From NCBI GenBank assembly GCA_964522265.1, contig CAZFVS010000001.1:1-32000 (forward strand): a stretch of 32,000 nt of DNA. The letters are read 5' to 3'. Below, piece after piece: positions 1 to 6,691 of this stretch (position 1 is the first letter of the stretch; each line of letters opens with the position of its first letter). This stretch comes from an uncultured Gammaproteobacteria bacterium. Lineage in GTDB: Bacteria; Patescibacteriota; Microgenomatia; Daviesbacterales; UBA10151. The notes below the pieces were generated by a model, which was given only the letters and a program-made list of their open reading frames with translations, was not told the origin of the DNA and did no database searches. A program made the position numbers and the translations under genes.

Positions 1-1
1 G

Positions 2-70
2 TTAAGGAACCAGGGTTAAGAACCCGCGGACTTTAGTCCGCGGAGTGTTCCGTTGTTGTCCAGTTTTCAT
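2..70 (-). CDS. 22-codon mini-ORF (MKTGQQRNTPRTKVRGFLTLVP); N-terminus resembles ribosomal protein bL34 but ends early; coding status uncertain
   Basis: The minus strand reads AGGAGG (76-81), a 5-nt spacer, ATG (70-68), then 22 codons to TAA (4-2). RTKVRGF resembles the R-x-K-x-H-G-F core of bL34 N-termini (recalled from B. subtilis/E. coli RpmH). The ORF stops about 22 codons short of a normal bL34. It is too short for the supplied ORF track. Confidence 0.25.
   Translation of the reverse strand: MKTGQQRNTPRTKVRGFLTLVP
24..43. other. Perfect 8-bp GC-rich hairpin (CCGCGGAC-TTTA-GTCCGCGG), function unknown
   Basis: Positions 24-31 pair perfectly with 36-43 around a 4-nt loop. It lies inside the mini-ORF and is very GC-rich for this AT-rich window. 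No U-tract follows on either strand. Confidence 0.4.
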
Positions 71-170
71 CTATACCTCCTTTCAGTTCAGATAATGATT
101 TAATTCCGGCAATTTTAAATGCCGCTTTAATATATCTGAGACCCTTAATTCTAACTGAAAGGTGTATACG
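71..170. repeat. Imperfect inverted repeat; arms about 71-95 and 146-170
   Basis: The left arm is CTATACCTCCTTTCAGTTCAGATAA. The reverse complement of the right arm is CGTATACACCTTTCAGTTAGAATTA. Shared cores are TATAC and TTTCAGTT, with about 18 of 25 positions matching by eye. The right arm looks like a degenerate inverted copy of the SD/start region of the minus-strand mini-ORF. Confidence 0.35.
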
Positions 171-185
171 ATCCGCTAGCTCACC

Positions 186-227
186 TACAATTTAAGATTG
201 ACAAATTCCGTATCGATACGCTAGGAT
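186..227 (+). promoter_or_regulatory. Candidate sigma70-type promoter elements upstream of gmhA; two alternatives, neither strong
   Basis: Alternative 1 is TACAAT at 186-191 with only a weak -35 (TGTATA, 163-168). Alternative 2 is TTGACA at 198-203, an 18-nt spacer, then TAGGAT at 222-227. Alternative 2 would place the transcript start at or next to the GTG start at 234, giving an almost leaderless mRNA. Confidence 0.25.
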
Positions 228-233
228 TGGGGG

Positions 234-869
234 GTGGTTGAAGTAAAAAATATCGCTGAAAACTATTTTACCCAACTGAAGAGTGCAATTGAACAGATAA
301 ATCCCGCTGATATACAAGAAATTGCAGATATTTTATATAAAGCATACCAAGATGGAAAAACTATTTATCTGATAGGCAATGGTGGTTCTGCTTCAACATC
401 TTCCCATATTGCGATAGATATAGGCAAAGGAACTTTAAATAACTTCTATGATAAAAAAGAAAAAAGAATTAGAATCATTGCACTAACTGATAATGTTGCA
501 GCTATCACAGCTATTTCAAATGATCTTTCTTATGAGGATATATTTGTTGAGCAATTACATAATTTGATCAATCCCGGAGATATAGTGATTGGTATAAGTG
601 GTTCTGGTAATTCGCCAAATATTATAAAGGGCTTAATGCATGCAAAAGCTGAAGGGGCAGTTACAATAGGCTTTTTAGGGTTTCATGATGGAGGCAGGGC
701 TAAAGAATTTGTAGATTTTGATATTACAATTCAAAGTAAACATTACGGGGTGATTGAAGACCTGCATATGAGTTTAGGGCATATTTTAACGGATTGTTTA
801 GCGTATATGAAAAAACAAGAGAGAACGAGAAACTCTAAAAATAATCCTAAATTACAAACGGCAAATTAA
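234..869 (+). CDS. gmhA: D-sedoheptulose-7-phosphate isomerase (SIS domain, GmhA family)
   Basis: 211 aa with a GTG start. Four motifs are colinear with E. coli GmhA. GNGGSAS matches GNGGSHC, and NDLSYEDIF matches NDFGFNDIF. GISGSGNSPNIIK matches GISTSGNSANVIK, and IEDLHMSLGHIL matches IQEIHIKVIHIL. gmhB and a nucleotidyltransferase follow. Confidence 0.85.
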   Translation: MVEVKNIAENYFTQLKSAIEQINPADIQEIADILYKAYQDGKTIYLIGNGGSASTSSHIAIDIGKGTLNNFYDKKEKRIRIIALTDNVAAITAISNDLSYEDIFVEQLHNLINPGDIVIGISGSGNSPNIIKGLMHAKAEGAVTIGFLGFHDGGRAKEFVDFDITIQSKHYGVIEDLHMSLGHILTDCLAYMKKQERTRNSKNNPKLQTAN

Positions 870-887
870 TATTTAAGTTTTTGGTAA

Positions 888-1448
888 ATGATAAAAAACA
901 GAGCGGTTTTTTTGGACAGGGATGGAACAATTATTGAGCAGGTAGAATATCTTTACAGGTTGAAGGATTTAAAGGTACTTCCTAAAGCAGCTCATGCAAT
1001 AAGATTTTTGAATAAATTTAAAATCCCGACAATAGTTATCACAAACCAGCCGGTTGTATCAAAATGAATGATAACTGAAAAAGGGGTTGTAAAAATCCAT
1101 CAAAAATTACAGAAAATTTTAAACGGGTTTAATGCAAAAATAGATGAGTTTTATTTTTGTCCTCATCATCCGGATGGGGATGTTAAAAAATATAGAATAA
1201 TTTGTGAATGCCGAAAACCCTGCACTGGTCTTTTAAAAAAATCTGCTGAAAAATTTAATATAAAACCTAAAAACTCATTTATGATTGGGGATTCATTCAG
1301 GGATATAGAAGCAGGAAAAAATTTTGGCTGCAAAACAATTGCAGTTAGATGTGGTGTCTCCGATTTTCAAAAATCCAATCCTGATTTTTTGGTGGATGAT
1401 TTATACCATGCAGTTAGATTAATTTTAAAAAACTGGAGTTTAGCATGA
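888..1448 (+). pseudogene. gmhB: D-glycero-D-manno-heptose-1,7-bisphosphate phosphatase (HAD-IIIA, GmhB) interrupted by an in-frame TGA at 1065-1067; pseudogene, split gene or recoded
   Basis: From ATG 888 the translation is MIKNRAVFLDRDGTII...IVITNQPVVSK, then TGA, then ATG 1068 MITEKGV...FYFCPHHP...ICECRKP...MIGDSFRDIEAG. Both halves are in one frame (1068-888=180). HAD motif I (DRDGT), TNQ, the CPHH/CEC Zn-site pattern, RKP and GDxxxD are colinear with E. coli GmhB (191 aa; 186 codons here). The 59-codon N-terminal half is missing from the ORF track. Confidence 0.8.
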
Positions 1449-2161
1449 CAGCAATAATTCTGGCCGCGGGCTTAGGAACAAGAATGCAGGAAAAATATCC
1501 AGGCATTCCTAAAGTTATGCTATCCATTGGTGGTAAGCCTATTTTGGAACAAAATATTAATTATTTAAAAAAATTCGGTTTTGATAACATTTATATTAAT
1601 CTTCATCATCTACCGGAAAAAATTAAAAATTATTTTAAGAATGGTAAGAAATTTAGGGTGAACATTAGTTATTTTGAAGAACCCGTTATACTGGGAACAG
1701 CGGGCGCTTTAAGCAGTATGAAAAAAGACTTAAAGGAGAGGTTTGTGGTGCTTTACGGTGATATTTTCACAAAACTGGATTTTACAAAATTTTTGAATTT
1801 TCATAGTAGAAAAAAAAGCCAGGTAACTTTGCTGGTGCATGACAGCGATCATCCACTAGATAGTGACCTGATTGCATTGGATGATGAGCAAAGGGTTGTT
1901 AAGTTTTATATTTCTCCACACCCAAAGCCTGTTACTGATACTAAATTATCCAGTGCAGCAATATATATTTTAGAACCTGAGACACTAAAGTATATCCCCA
2001 AAAAAATCCCAGCAGATTTTATGGAGGATATGTTTCCTGATCTTTTACAAAAGGGTTTTAAAATGTACGGGTACAAATCTGATGATTATTCAAAAGACAT
2101 GGGGACACCGGAGAGGTATGAACAGGTGAAAAAGGATATAATTGCTCTAAATCTATTATGA
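1445..2161 (+). CDS. Sugar-1-phosphate nucleotidyltransferase (HddC-like by context)
   Basis: 238 aa. It has the N-terminal nucleotidyltransferase signature ILAAGLGTRM...PKVML..GGKPIL and GTAGAL. ATGA overlap with gmhB. Heptose-1-P specificity is inferred only from the gmhA/gmhB neighbours. Confidence 0.7.
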   Translation: MTAIILAAGLGTRMQEKYPGIPKVMLSIGGKPILEQNINYLKKFGFDNIYINLHHLPEKIKNYFKNGKKFRVNISYFEEPVILGTAGALSSMKKDLKERFVVLYGDIFTKLDFTKFLNFHSRKKSQVTLLVHDSDHPLDSDLIALDDEQRVVKFYISPHPKPVTDTKLSSAAIYILEPETLKYIPKKIPADFMEDMFPDLLQKGFKMYGYKSDDYSKDMGTPERYEQVKKDIIALNLL

Positions 2162-2179
2162 AGCAGGGAAAAGTTTTTA

Positions 2180-2198
2180 CTTTTTGCGGAGCAAAAAG
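2180..2198 (+). other. 8-bp hairpin (CTTTTTGC-GGA-GCAAAAAG) just after the nucleotidyltransferase stop codon
   Basis: Positions 2180-2187 pair perfectly with 2191-2198. No U-tract follows, so it is not a canonical intrinsic terminator. Confidence 0.3.
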
Positions 2199-2210
2199 AA
2201 AGGTTCTGAA

Positions 2211-2245
2211 TGAAATCTGCTAAAAATAATAAGGAGCAGATTTCA
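2211..2245 (+). promoter_or_regulatory. 11-bp perfect hairpin covering part of the SD, the spacer and the first base of the ATG of the SDR gene
   Basis: TGAAATCTGCT (2211-2221) is the exact reverse complement of AGCAGATTTCA (2235-2245), with a 13-nt loop AAAAATAATAAGG. The SD AAGGAG is at 2231-2236 and the ATG at 2245-2247. Confidence 0.45.
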
Positions 2246-3357
2246 TGAGGATCCTTATCATTGGAGGCGCTGGTTTTATTGGTTCTCACACTGCGGACGA
2301 ACTTTTTAAAAGGGGGTATAAAATCAGGATTTTGGATAACCTTTCACCAAAAACCCACTTTGACAGATGGCCAAAATATTTAAATCCCAAGTTTGAAAAA
2401 ATAAAAGGTGATGTAAGGGATAGAAAAATTCTGGAAAGAGTTTTAAAAGGCGTAGAATATGTGATCCATTTGGCTGCCATTATGGATTTAATGCCGGATT
2501 ATTCTGTTTTCTTTGATACCAATGTTACTTCAACCGCTTTGCTTTACGAAATTATTGTTGCCAAAAAACTTTCCATCAAAAAGGTGATAGTTGCATCATC
2601 CCAATTTGTTTATGGGGAGGGGAGATGGAAATGTATGAGTCATAGGGAAGTTTTTCCCAAACAGCGGATTAATGATAATTTAATTAAGAAAAAATGGGAT
2701 CCTGTTTGCCCAAAATGTGGAGATAAAGTTACATCCTTGCCAAATTTAGAGACCCATCAAGACCCACCCAATCAGTATGCAATCTCCAAATATACCCAGG
2801 AGCTAATTGCCCTTAAATTGGGCAGATTAAACGGGATTCCTTCTGTTGCCATGCGTTACTCAATAGTTCATGGTCCTAGGCAGTCTTTAAAAAATGCTTA
2901 CTCTGGAGCTTTGAGAATTTTTACACTCCAGCTTTTAAACAATAAACCCCTGTCTATTTATGAAGACGGACTGCAGCAGCGGGATTATGTCTCAGTTTAT
3001 GATGTAGCTAGAGCTAATGCAGATGTGTTGGAATCAGGAAAAGCAGATTATGAAAACTTTAATGTCGGTTCTGGAAAAGCATTTACAGTTTTGGAACTTG
3101 CGACGATGGTGGCAAAAGTTTTGGGAAAAGATGTAAACTTTAAACCTACAGGGGAATTTAGAGTGGGGGATATCAGGCATGCTGTTTCTTCTATTACAAA
3201 ATTGGAAAAGTTAGAGTGGAAAGTAAAGGATAAAGAGGAAGATATTGTGAAAGAATATGTGAGTTGGGTTAAAGAACAAAAACTGGACCAGGATTATTTA
3301 AAAATAGCTGAAGCGCAGATGAAAGCCTTGGGTGTGGTCAAAAAAGCAGTACCGTAG
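2245..3357 (+). CDS. NAD-dependent sugar-nucleotide epimerase/dehydratase (extended SDR) with a Cys/His-rich insertion
   Basis: 370 aa. Rossmann motif IIGGAGFIGSH. Catalytic Ser is in VASSQ (S118/S119) and the Y178-x3-K182 motif is YAISK. The Ser-to-Tyr spacing is about 59 residues, against about 25 in GalE-type SDRs. Confidence 0.8.
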   Translation: MRILIIGGAGFIGSHTADELFKRGYKIRILDNLSPKTHFDRWPKYLNPKFEKIKGDVRDRKILERVLKGVEYVIHLAAIMDLMPDYSVFFDTNVTSTALLYEIIVAKKLSIKKVIVASSQFVYGEGRWKCMSHREVFPKQRINDNLIKKKWDPVCPKCGDKVTSLPNLETHQDPPNQYAISKYTQELIALKLGRLNGIPSVAMRYSIVHGPRQSLKNAYSGALRIFTLQLLNNKPLSIYEDGLQQRDYVSVYDVARANADVLESGKADYENFNVGSGKAFTVLELATMVAKVLGKDVNFKPTGEFRVGDIRHAVSSITKLEKLEWKVKDKEEDIVKEYVSWVKEQKLDQDYLKIAEAQMKALGVVKKAVP

Positions 3358-3392
3358 TTGTTTTAGCCTCAACAAACTGCTACGATTGATTC

Positions 3393-5078
3393 ATGGTTGG
3401 GTTTTTGTGGATTAAAAAACATGCTACAATTTCGCTTCTCTTGTTACTTTTAATCTTACTCATCCCTACCTTTTGGAGGATGCTCAAGCCCGGGATTTTT
3501 TCCATGCATGACTTCCATGTTTTTAGACTGTATGAATATGACAAATGTGTTGCAGATTTACAGATCCCCTGCAGGTGGGCGCCTGACTCCGCTTATGGAT
3601 ACGGAGAACCGATGTTTAATTTTTATACCCAACTTCCCTATGCTTTTGGAGAAATATTCAGGTTCTTAGGTTTTTCAGTTATTGATTCTATCAAAGCCCT
3701 TTTTATCTCATCCCTTATTTTATCTGCCTTTGCGATGTTTCTTTTGGCAAAACAGTTTTGGGGAAATAATTTATCAGCACTAATTTCTGCCCTGATCTAT
3801 ACGTATGCACCATATCGGGCAGTCGATGTTTGGGTAAGAGGTGCTTTGCCAGAAGCGCTAGCTTTCATTTTCTTCCCGCTTATTACTTATTATTTTAATG
3901 ATTATGTATTAAATAAAAGACTAAGGTCTCTTTTTCTGTTTGGCCTGGCTGTTTCAGGACTTGTTTTAACCCACAATCTTTCAATGCTAATGTTTTTCAT
4001 CTTCTTCAGTCTTTGGGCGATTTATTTTTTTACAAAATATAAAGCCTGGAATTTAATTCCAAAATTTATTCTGATTGGAATACTGAGTTTAGGAATAAGT
4101 GCTTTTTATATCTTACCCGTGGTTTTTGAAAGTAAACTGATAACTTTAACAGAAACGACACAAGGTTATTATGATTTTAAACTTCACTTTGTTACTTTAA
4201 AACAGCTTTTAATCTCAAGATATTGGGGGTATGGAGGATCGCTTTGGGGTAATGATGACAGGTTGAGTTTATCTGTAGGACAGATACAATGGATTTTGCC
4301 AATCCTGGTTGCACTAATTGTACTAATTAAAAAAAGACAAAGAAATTATCCGAGTTTTTTCTTTCTGTTAGGGATTGGTTGGTTTATGTTGTTTCTTACA
4401 CACAATAAGTCGGTTTTATTTTGGGACGCAGTAAAGCCTTTAAGTTTTGTCCAGTTCCCCTGGAGATTTTTAGGTTCTGCAGTTTTTCTTTTTGCTTTCG
4501 CCTCAGGTGCAATATTTACATTATTTAAAAAAAGTTATTTCAACAAAATTCTTTTTTTAGTTATTGCAGCGTTGCTTATAAGTTTTAATGCATCCTTTTT
4601 CTTTGAAGATTTATGGTTTAAATTCAGTGATAAAGAATTTTTCAGCGGTAAAAATTACGAACAACAAGTGACATCAGCTATACATGACTTCTGGCCCAAA
4701 ACAGGGGGGAAAGATGTTCCCTCTTCTTTTGCACCAAAAACAGGGACTTTTCTTGAAGGGATGGGGGATGTCAAATTAACAGAAAAAGCAAGCAATAGGC
4801 AATCGTATACTATTGATTCAGGAGGGTTGGGGGGAGTGGTGCAGTTTCCATTAGTTTATTTTCCGGGTTGGATCGGATCTTCCCCGAATCGCAATATTGA
4901 TCTTTTCCCCAGCGGCAAGCTAGGTTTAGCAACAGCAAAACTTAAGCCTCAGGAAAGTAAAATAAAATTAAAATTTTCCGATACACCAATAAGGACTGCA
5001 GGGAATTTTATATCTGAGTTTTCTGCAGGCCTTTTAATAGTTATCTTAATTTACTATAAAAGAAAAAAAGTAATATGA
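3393..5078 (+). CDS. Polytopic membrane protein, probable GT-C-fold glycosyltransferase (PTPS-related/YfhO-like group, from memory)
   Basis: 561 aa with about a dozen hydrophobic segments. The first-loop motif is MHDFHVFRLYEY...CRWAPDSAYGYGEPMFNFYTQLPY. The C-terminal roughly 150 aa are soluble and end in a final TM. The family call is unverified. Confidence 0.5.
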   Translation: MVGFLWIKKHATISLLLLLLILLIPTFWRMLKPGIFSMHDFHVFRLYEYDKCVADLQIPCRWAPDSAYGYGEPMFNFYTQLPYAFGEIFRFLGFSVIDSIKALFISSLILSAFAMFLLAKQFWGNNLSALISALIYTYAPYRAVDVWVRGALPEALAFIFFPLITYYFNDYVLNKRLRSLFLFGLAVSGLVLTHNLSMLMFFIFFSLWAIYFFTKYKAWNLIPKFILIGILSLGISAFYILPVVFESKLITLTETTQGYYDFKLHFVTLKQLLISRYWGYGGSLWGNDDRLSLSVGQIQWILPILVALIVLIKKRQRNYPSFFFLLGIGWFMLFLTHNKSVLFWDAVKPLSFVQFPWRFLGSAVFLFAFASGAIFTLFKKSYFNKILFLVIAALLISFNASFFFEDLWFKFSDKEFFSGKNYEQQVTSAIHDFWPKTGGKDVPSSFAPKTGTFLEGMGDVKLTEKASNRQSYTIDSGGLGGVVQFPLVYFPGWIGSSPNRNIDLFPSGKLGLATAKLKPQESKIKLKFSDTPIRTAGNFISEFSAGLLIVILIYYKRKKVI

Positions 5079-6691
5079 GAAAAAAATTGTTGATATTTTT
5101 TTTGATTATAATAATTGCTGTTTTTTTAAGGTTTTATAGATTGGATGAATTCCCTCCAAGTCTGAATTGGGATGAAATAAGCATAGGATATAATGCTTAC
5201 TCTATTTTAATGACAGGGAGAGACGAATGGGGGGAGTTTTTACCGTTATCATTTAGGGCATATGGAGACTATAAACTTCCGGGATATATTTACCTTGATA
5301 CTTTTTTTATCAGGGCTTTTGGGTTAAATGAATGGGGGGTAAGATTGCCTTCAGCAATCTTAGGGCTTTGGATTGTAATTTTTATCTTTTTAATTGCTAA
5401 AAATTTGACAAATACAAACCTGGCGCTTTGGGTGATGTTTATCTCTGCAGTAACACCATGGCTTATTATTCTTTCAAGAATTGCCTTGGAAGCAAACCTG
5501 GCGCTTTTTTTTACAACAGCATCCCTTTACTTTTTGCTTAGGGGAATTAAGAAAAAATATTTTTTACCCATCGCTACCCTATTTTTAGGGCTGTCGCTAT
5601 TTTCTTATAACTCTTCAAGAGTAGTGGTGTTGCCATTGACTTTACTTGCAGGTATTTTATTTTGGCAGAGAATCAAGAATACAAAAGCATCTTTGGTGGC
5701 ATTTACTGTACTGGCAATATTTTTTATTACAGCTTTTCCTTTGGCACTATTACAGGATTCTTCGGCAAGATATAAATGGACTACCATACTAGATGAGGGT
5801 GCAATCTCAAGAATTAATGAGTTACGCGGATCCGCTGCTTTACCTTCAGTTGTAGATAAACTGATTTACAACAAAATTACTTATTTTATACCCCAGGTGT
5901 TAGGGAATTATTTTTCGCACTTCAACCCCAACTTTTTATTTTTTAACGGAGGATCCAATTACCAATATTCTGTGCCCGGTTCAGGCCTGTTTCATATAAG
6001 TTTATTACCATTTTTAATATTAGGATTCTATCAAATTTTCCTAAAAAAAGAAAAATGGCAGTATTTTATTTTAGGATGGTTTCTTATTGCGCCACTGCCT
6101 GCTGCAATAACAAGGGATTCGCCCCATGCTCTTCGTTCGTTGCTGATGATCCCACCCTTTTTAATTATTTGTGTGTTTGGGATTAATGTTATAACACATA
6201 ACCTAAAACCTGTTTACGTAAAAGTGCTGCTTGCGATTTTTACCATAGTTTTAGTCTTTCAAACTGTACAGTTTTGGCAAAATTATATCGGTAATTATAC
6301 TAGGAGTTATTCCTGGTCATGGCAATATGGTTACAAAGAAACAATAAATTTCGTGAAACAAAATTATGGCAACTACTCAAAAGTATATTTTACAAAAAAG
6401 TATGGGGAACCACATGAGTTCATGTTGTTCTATCTCAAAATTGACCCTCAGTTTTTTAGAGACGGAGCTGTTCCTGTAAGATATAAAAAATCAGATTGGT
6501 ATTGGGTAGATAGTTTTGGTAAATTTGAATTTATTAACGATTGGGAAGTAAAAGAAAGATTAAAAAAAGAGCCAAAAGAAAAAAGTTTGTTAGTGACGAG
6601 TCCTGGAAATTATCCAGCAGGAAGTAAGTTGATAAAAACAATAAACTTTTTAGATGATCAGCCCGCGTTTGATATAGTAGAAATAAAATGA
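5075..6691 (+). CDS. ArnT/PMT_2-like (GT39/GT83-type) polyprenyl-phosphate-sugar-dependent glycosyltransferase, paralog 1
   Basis: 538 aa and multi-TM. The loop-1 acidic motif is NWDEISIGYNAYSIL..GRDEWGEFLPL.F.AYGDYKLPGY, comparable to the ArnT D-E...KPPL pattern. The conserved C-terminal domain contains YGEPHEFMLFY. ATGA overlaps occur at both ends. Confidence 0.7.
   Translation: MRKKLLIFFLIIIIAVFLRFYRLDEFPPSLNWDEISIGYNAYSILMTGRDEWGEFLPLSFRAYGDYKLPGYIYLDTFFIRAFGLNEWGVRLPSAILGLWIVIFIFLIAKNLTNTNLALWVMFISAVTPWLIILSRIALEANLALFFTTASLYFLLRGIKKKYFLPIATLFLGLSLFSYNSSRVVVLPLTLLAGILFWQRIKNTKASLVAFTVLAIFFITAFPLALLQDSSARYKWTTILDEGAISRINELRGSAALPSVVDKLIYNKITYFIPQVLGNYFSHFNPNFLFFNGGSNYQYSVPGSGLFHISLLPFLILGFYQIFLKKEKWQYFILGWFLIAPLPAAITRDSPHALRSLLMIPPFLIICVFGINVITHNLKPVYVKVLLAIFTIVLVFQTVQFWQNYIGNYTRSYSWSWQYGYKETINFVKQNYGNYSKVYFTKKYGEPHEFMLFYLKIDPQFFRDGAVPVRYKKSDWYWVDSFGKFEFINDWEVKERLKKEPKEKSLLVTSPGNYPAGSKLIKTINFLDDQPAFDIVEIK

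Noticed and set aside
24-43. GC-rich hairpin as a rho-independent terminator
   Set aside because: No U-tract follows the stem on either strand (plus: AGTGTTCCG; minus: GTTCTTAAC).
1065-1067. Genome-wide TGA=Gly recoding (translation table 25, Gracilibacteria/SR1-like), suggested by the TGA aligning with a conserved Gly in GmhB
   Set aside because: Ten genes in this window end on TGA exactly where the next gene's ATG overlaps (ATGA at 1445, 5075, 6688, 10051, 10908, 15634, 18544, 20538, 22582, 26297). Across roughly 9000 codons of long intact ORFs there is no other in-frame TGA. A table-25 genome would show many.
1065-1067. Selenocysteine codon in gmhB
   Set aside because: The aligned residue in characterised GmhB is a structural Gly, not a redox Cys. 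No stem-loop resembling a bacterial SECIS follows the TGA; the next bases are ATGATAACTGAAAAAGGGG.
234-2161. gmhA/gmhB as evidence for LPS inner-core biosynthesis (a Gram-negative outer membrane)
   Set aside because: No waa/rfa heptosyltransferase (GT9), lpx, kds or hldE-like genes are visible. Heptose is also used in S-layer glycans and capsules, so an LPS inference is unsupported.
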